DNA from: Candidatus Eiseniibacteriota bacterium
GTDB lineage: Bacteria; Eisenbacteria; RBG-16-71-46
Direction: 5' to 3'
Length of the DNA stretch: 64,000 bases
Assembly: GCA_033853925.1 (NCBI GenBank)
Contig: JAWOLC010000011.1
Coordinates: forward strand, 978 to 64,977
Shown: in pieces, positions 60,903 through 64,000 of the stretch
Layout of the letters: each line of letters starts with the position of its first letter
How positions within the stretch are numbered: the stretch's first letter is position 1
Position numbers and translations under genes: made by a program
The notes under the pieces: generated by a model
What the model saw: only the letters and a program-made list of their open reading frames with translations
Told to the model about the DNA's origin: nothing
Database searches by the model: none

Positions 60903-61121
60903 GCGGAGGCGAGACGACCGGCGCCCAGCATGCTGCACCGGCAGCGGAACGCGTTTGGAGGCATGCCGCTGCGCGTGAAGTCTGGGCGTCAGGCTCCGCC
61001 TCCGCTCAGGAGGAGTGACGAGGCCGGGGGAGCCGGGGACCGGGCGGTGGCCGGGTCCCCTCGCGGGAAGGGAGCACTTTTCTTGCTCCTTCTCCGGCCC
61101 GATCTCATCCATCCGGCCGAT

Positions 61122-62660
61122 ATGAGCGATCTCTCTTCCAGGGGGGGTGGGGATCTCTACCGGCTGGCCGTGGAGCTGTCGCCCTCGGGCATGCTGGCCG
61201 TGGATGCCTCCGGCACGATCCTCCTCGTCAACCGCGAGGTCGAGCGGCTCTTCGGCTACGGCCGCGACGAGCTGAACGGCCGCCCGGTCGAGTTGCTCGT
61301 GCCCGAGCGCTTTCGCGGGCGGCATCCGGCCCTGCGGCACGCCTTCTTCCAGGAGCCCGAGATGCGCCCCATGGGAGCGGGGCGCGAGCTGTTCGGCCTG
61401 CGCAAGGACGGCACCGAGTTCCCCGTCGAGATCGGGCTCAACCCCATCCGCACCGAGCTGGGCCTGCTGGTCTTCGCCTCGATCGTGGACGTGACCCACC
61501 GCCAGCAGCTCGAGGAGCAGCTTCGGCAGTCGCAGAAGCTCGAGGCGATCGGGACGATCGCCGGGGGCATCGCCCACGACTTCAACAACCTGCTCCTGAG
61601 CGTCGTGGGGCACGCCGAGCTGGCGCGCGCCAGCCTGGCCGCGGATCCCAAGGAGAGAGAGGACATCGATCAGATCCTGAAGGCCGCCCAGCGCGGGCGC
61701 GAGCTGGTGCAGCGGATCCTGACCTTCAGCCGGCGGCACGTGACCGCCCGCGTGCCCCTGCGTCTCGAGCGTCCGGTCCGCGACGCGCTCGGCTTGCTGC
61801 GCGCCTCGCTGCCGAGCACGATCGAGCTGCGCGAGGACTTCGATCCGCGCACCCCCGCCGTGCTGTCGGACGAGACGGACGTCCACCAGATCCTGATGAA
61901 CCTGGTGACGAACTCGGCGCACGCCCTGGAGGGGGGCGGGCGCATCGACATCGCGCTCGCGCCCCACCTCGTGTCCGCGGGGAGCGACTCGCTCCATCCC
62001 GATCTGAAGCCCGGCGCCTACGCGCGCCTCACCGTCGTGGACAACGGGCACGGGATGACCCCCGAAGTGGCGCAGCGGGCCTTCGAGCCGTTCTTCACCA
62101 CCAAGCCCGTGGGGACGGGCACGGGGCTCGGCCTCTCCGTCATCCGCGGCATCGTGCGCAGCCTCGGCGGCGTGATCGCGCTGGAGACCCGGCCGAACGA
62201 GGGCACGCGGGTGGACATCTTCCTCCCCGCGCTGTCGGAGGAGGAGGCGCCGCTGCGGGGGGCGGAGACGGACCCCGAGGCGCACGCGGAGGCCCGCGTG
62301 CTGCTCGTGGAGGACGAGGAGATTCTGGCCACGCTGCAGCGCCGTCGCCTCGAGGACTTCGGCGTGCGCGTGACCGTGCACACGTCCAGCGTGGAGGCGC
62401 TCGCGGACTTTCGCGCCAGGCCCGAGGCCTTCGATCTCCTGATCACCGACAACACGATGCCGGGCCTCACGGGCTCGGCCCTCGCCCGCGAGGTGCACCG
62501 CCTGCGCCCGAGCCTGCCCATCCTGATGATCTCGGGCGTGCTGGAGACCGACGACCCGGTGGTTCTCCGCGCGCGCGGCGTGGTGGGCGTGCTGCGCAAG
62601 CCTCACAGCGCGAAGGAGCTGGAGGACGCCGTCCGCCAGGCTCTCCGCGCGACCGCCTGA
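61122..62660 (+). CDS. Hybrid sensor histidine kinase (PAS - HisKA - HATPase - C-terminal receiver)
   Basis: Start MSDLSS. PAS (LFGYGRDELNGRPVELLVPERFRGRH). H-box GIAHDFNNLL. HATPase (DNGHGM, GTGLGLS). Receiver with D in DLLITDNTMPG. The 64 upstream codons of the listed ORF are junk. Confidence 0.85.
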   Translation: MSDLSSRGGGDLYRLAVELSPSGMLAVDASGTILLVNREVERLFGYGRDELNGRPVELLVPERFRGRHPALRHAFFQEPEMRPMGAGRELFGLRKDGTEFPVEIGLNPIRTELGLLVFASIVDVTHRQQLEEQLRQSQKLEAIGTIAGGIAHDFNNLLLSVVGHAELARASLAADPKEREDIDQILKAAQRGRELVQRILTFSRRHVTARVPLRLERPVRDALGLLRASLPSTIELREDFDPRTPAVLSDETDVHQILMNLVTNSAHALEGGGRIDIALAPHLVSAGSDSLHPDLKPGAYARLTVVDNGHGMTPEVAQRAFEPFFTTKPVGTGTGLGLSVIRGIVRSLGGVIALETRPNEGTRVDIFLPALSEEEAPLRGAETDPEAHAEARVLLVEDEEILATLQRRRLEDFGVRVTVHTSSVEALADFRARPEAFDLLITDNTMPGLTGSALAREVHRLRPSLPILMISGVLETDDPVVLRARGVVGVLRKPHSAKELEDAVRQALRATA

Positions 62661-62676
62661 GCTTCGCCGCTCCGCC

Positions 62677-64000
62677 TCAGGTCCCCAGCGCCTCGCAGGT
62701 CCGGCGGAAGTGGTGGCCGTAGATCGCCAGGGTCACGGCCACGCGCAGGAGCGCGGGTCGCCGGCAGAACGTCCACGCGAGCAGGTGCCAGTAGTGGAAG
62801 CGCTCGCGGCCCAGGACCCCCAGCCGCAGGCTCGAGTAGGCGAACGCCCAGGCGCTGCGCCAGTCCAGGCGCCAGCCGATGCGCGGCGGCCGGTACTCGC
62901 GCAGGAAGGTGCGGATGCGCCCGTAGTAGGAGCCGGGCGCGTAGAGCCGGGCGAGGAGGTTGCGGTAGCCCGAGCGCAGCACCTCCGCGTTCATGCGTGG
63001 CACGAAGTTCGTCGAGCCGTCCACGTTGTCGCCGGTGCTCTCGCCGAGGATCCGGCCCTCGCGCTTCAGCCGCTCGTAGAGGCGCGTCCGCGGCGCGGCG
63101 TTCAGCAGCCCCACCATGGCCGTGACGATGCCGCTCCGCTGGATGAACTCGATCTGCGTCTGGAAGATCGCGGGCGTGTCGCTGTCGAAGCCGATGATGA
63201 AGCCTCCCTGCACCTGCAGGCCCGCCCGCTGGATCCGCTTCACGTTCGCGACGAGATCGCGGCCCCGGTTCTGCCGCTTGTTGCACTCCGCGAGCGCCGC
63301 GTCCTCCGGCGTCTCGATGCCGATGAACACGGTGTCGAAGCCCGCCGCCACCAGCATGCGCATCAGGGCCTCGTCGTCGGCCAGGTTGATCGAGGCCTCG
63401 GTGTAGAAGCTGAAGCCGGGCCGCGTGCGCCGCCAGGCGATCAGCTCCGGCAGGAGCCCCTCCTTCAGCTCGCGTTTGTTGCCGATCAGGTTGTCGTCCA
63501 CGAAGAACACCGCGCCGCGCCAGCCCAGGCGATGGATCGCCTCCAGCTCGGCGATGACCTGGGCAGGACTCTTCGTGCGCGGCCGGCGGCCGAAGAGAGC
63601 AGTGACGTTGCAGAACTCGCAGTCGAAGGGACAGCCCCTCGAGAACTGCACGCTCAGGGAGTGGTAGCGCCTGAGATCGGCCAGGTCCCAGAGGGGCGCG
63701 GGGGTCTCGTGCAGCTCCGGGAACTCGCTGGCCGTGTAGATCCGCTCCGCCTTGCCCCGCTCCAGGTCGCGCAGGAAGGGGGCCAGGGTGGCCTCGGCCT
63801 CGTCGAGGACGAAGTGATCCACCTCGGGAAACCGCTCGTGCTCGGCGGTGAAGAGCGGGCCGCCGGCGACGATCTTCTTGCCCGCGGCACGGCAGCGGGC
63901 GATCAGCGCCCGCGCCGAATCCCGCTGGGCGATCATGGCGCTCACGAGCACGATGTCGGCCCAGGCCAGGTCCGCGTCGCGCAGGCGGCGGACGTTCTCG
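62677..64000 (-). CDS. B12-binding-domain radical SAM protein (5' end beyond the window)
   Basis: Cobalamin-binding N-terminal region continuing past position 64000 in frame. Radical SAM cluster motif SRGCPFDCEFC. TIM-barrel-like remainder. Confidence 0.8.
   Translation of the reverse strand, partial: ENVRRLRDADLAWADIVLVSAMIAQRDSARALIARCRAAGKKIVAGGPLFTAEHERFPEVDHFVLDEAEATLAPFLRDLERGKAERIYTASEFPELHETPAPLWDLADLRRYHSLSVQFSRGCPFDCEFCNVTALFGRRPRTKSPAQVIAELEAIHRLGWRGAVFFVDDNLIGNKRELKEGLLPELIAWRRTRPGFSFYTEASINLADDEALMRMLVAAGFDTVFIGIETPEDAALAECNKRQNRGRDLVANVKRIQRAGLQVQGGFIIGFDSDTPAIFQTQIEFIQRSGIVTAMVGLLNAAPRTRLYERLKREGRILGESTGDNVDGSTNFVPRMNAEVLRSGYRNLLARLYAPGSYYGRIRTFLREYRPPRIGWRLDWRSAWAFAYSSLRLGVLGRERFHYWHLLAWTFCRRPALLRVAVTLAIYGHHFRRTCEALGT

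Overview
This is a very high-GC (~70%) bacterial chromosomal window. Only a minority of the supplied ORFs are real genes; most long ORFs are antisense or out-of-frame artefacts of the GC content. The gene content (T9SS-type FlgD-Ig-like C-terminal sorting domains, a PorV/PorQ-like barrel, many Ser/Thr kinases fused to TolB/PD40 propellers) suggests a Gemmatimonadota-, Acidobacteriota- or FCB-like soil or sediment lineage. I cannot be more specific from sequence alone. I found no rRNA, tRNA, CRISPR array, transposase or integrase.

Main blocks, in order:
- 1-3600: a TPR protein, a Zn-alcohol dehydrogenase and a MIP channel.
- 3896-13485: a signalling operon of one FHA-GAF-PP2C phosphatase followed by three translationally coupled paralogous Ser/Thr kinase-PD40 propeller genes.
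- 13601-14965: an exported thioredoxin-fold/TPR protein whose CxxC motif reads W-A-P-W-[TGA]-H-T-C in one continuous frame. This is a strong selenocysteine (UxxC) candidate.
- 14952-16635: a divergent CPBP protease pair.
- 16654-17685: an alpha/beta hydrolase.
- 17991-18913: an EAL-HDOD gene broken by a frameshift at an A-run.
- 22932-23392: a heavily deleted remnant of a PLP-dependent aromatic amino-acid decarboxylase.
- 23974-34919: a secreted-cargo cluster. It comprises a CBM9-like CTD protein, a TonB-dependent receptor, a 1197-aa CTD protein, a PorV/PorQ-like barrel and a GH144-like CTD enzyme.
- 34977-46139: a candidate beta-1,2-glucan utilisation locus. It comprises LacI, a second GH144-like lipoprotein, a sugar ABC importer, a discoidin-(alpha/alpha)6 hydrolase and a GH94 phosphorylase.
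- 23748 and 47356: two related LacI-type operator palindromes sit in the two lowest-GC intergenic islands.
- 46278-56102: a Cys-rich secreted protein, a GH35-like enzyme, hydrolases, a DUF948/YtxH pair, an M14 carboxypeptidase and a small membrane protein.
- 56107-59827: an OYE flavin reductase followed by a histidine kinase and an NtrC-type sigma54 activator.
- 60021-60902: a near-consensus sigma54 -24/-12 element, then two tandem paralogous ~75-100-aa proteins of unknown function.
- 61122-64000: a PAS hybrid histidine kinase and a partial B12-binding radical SAM gene.
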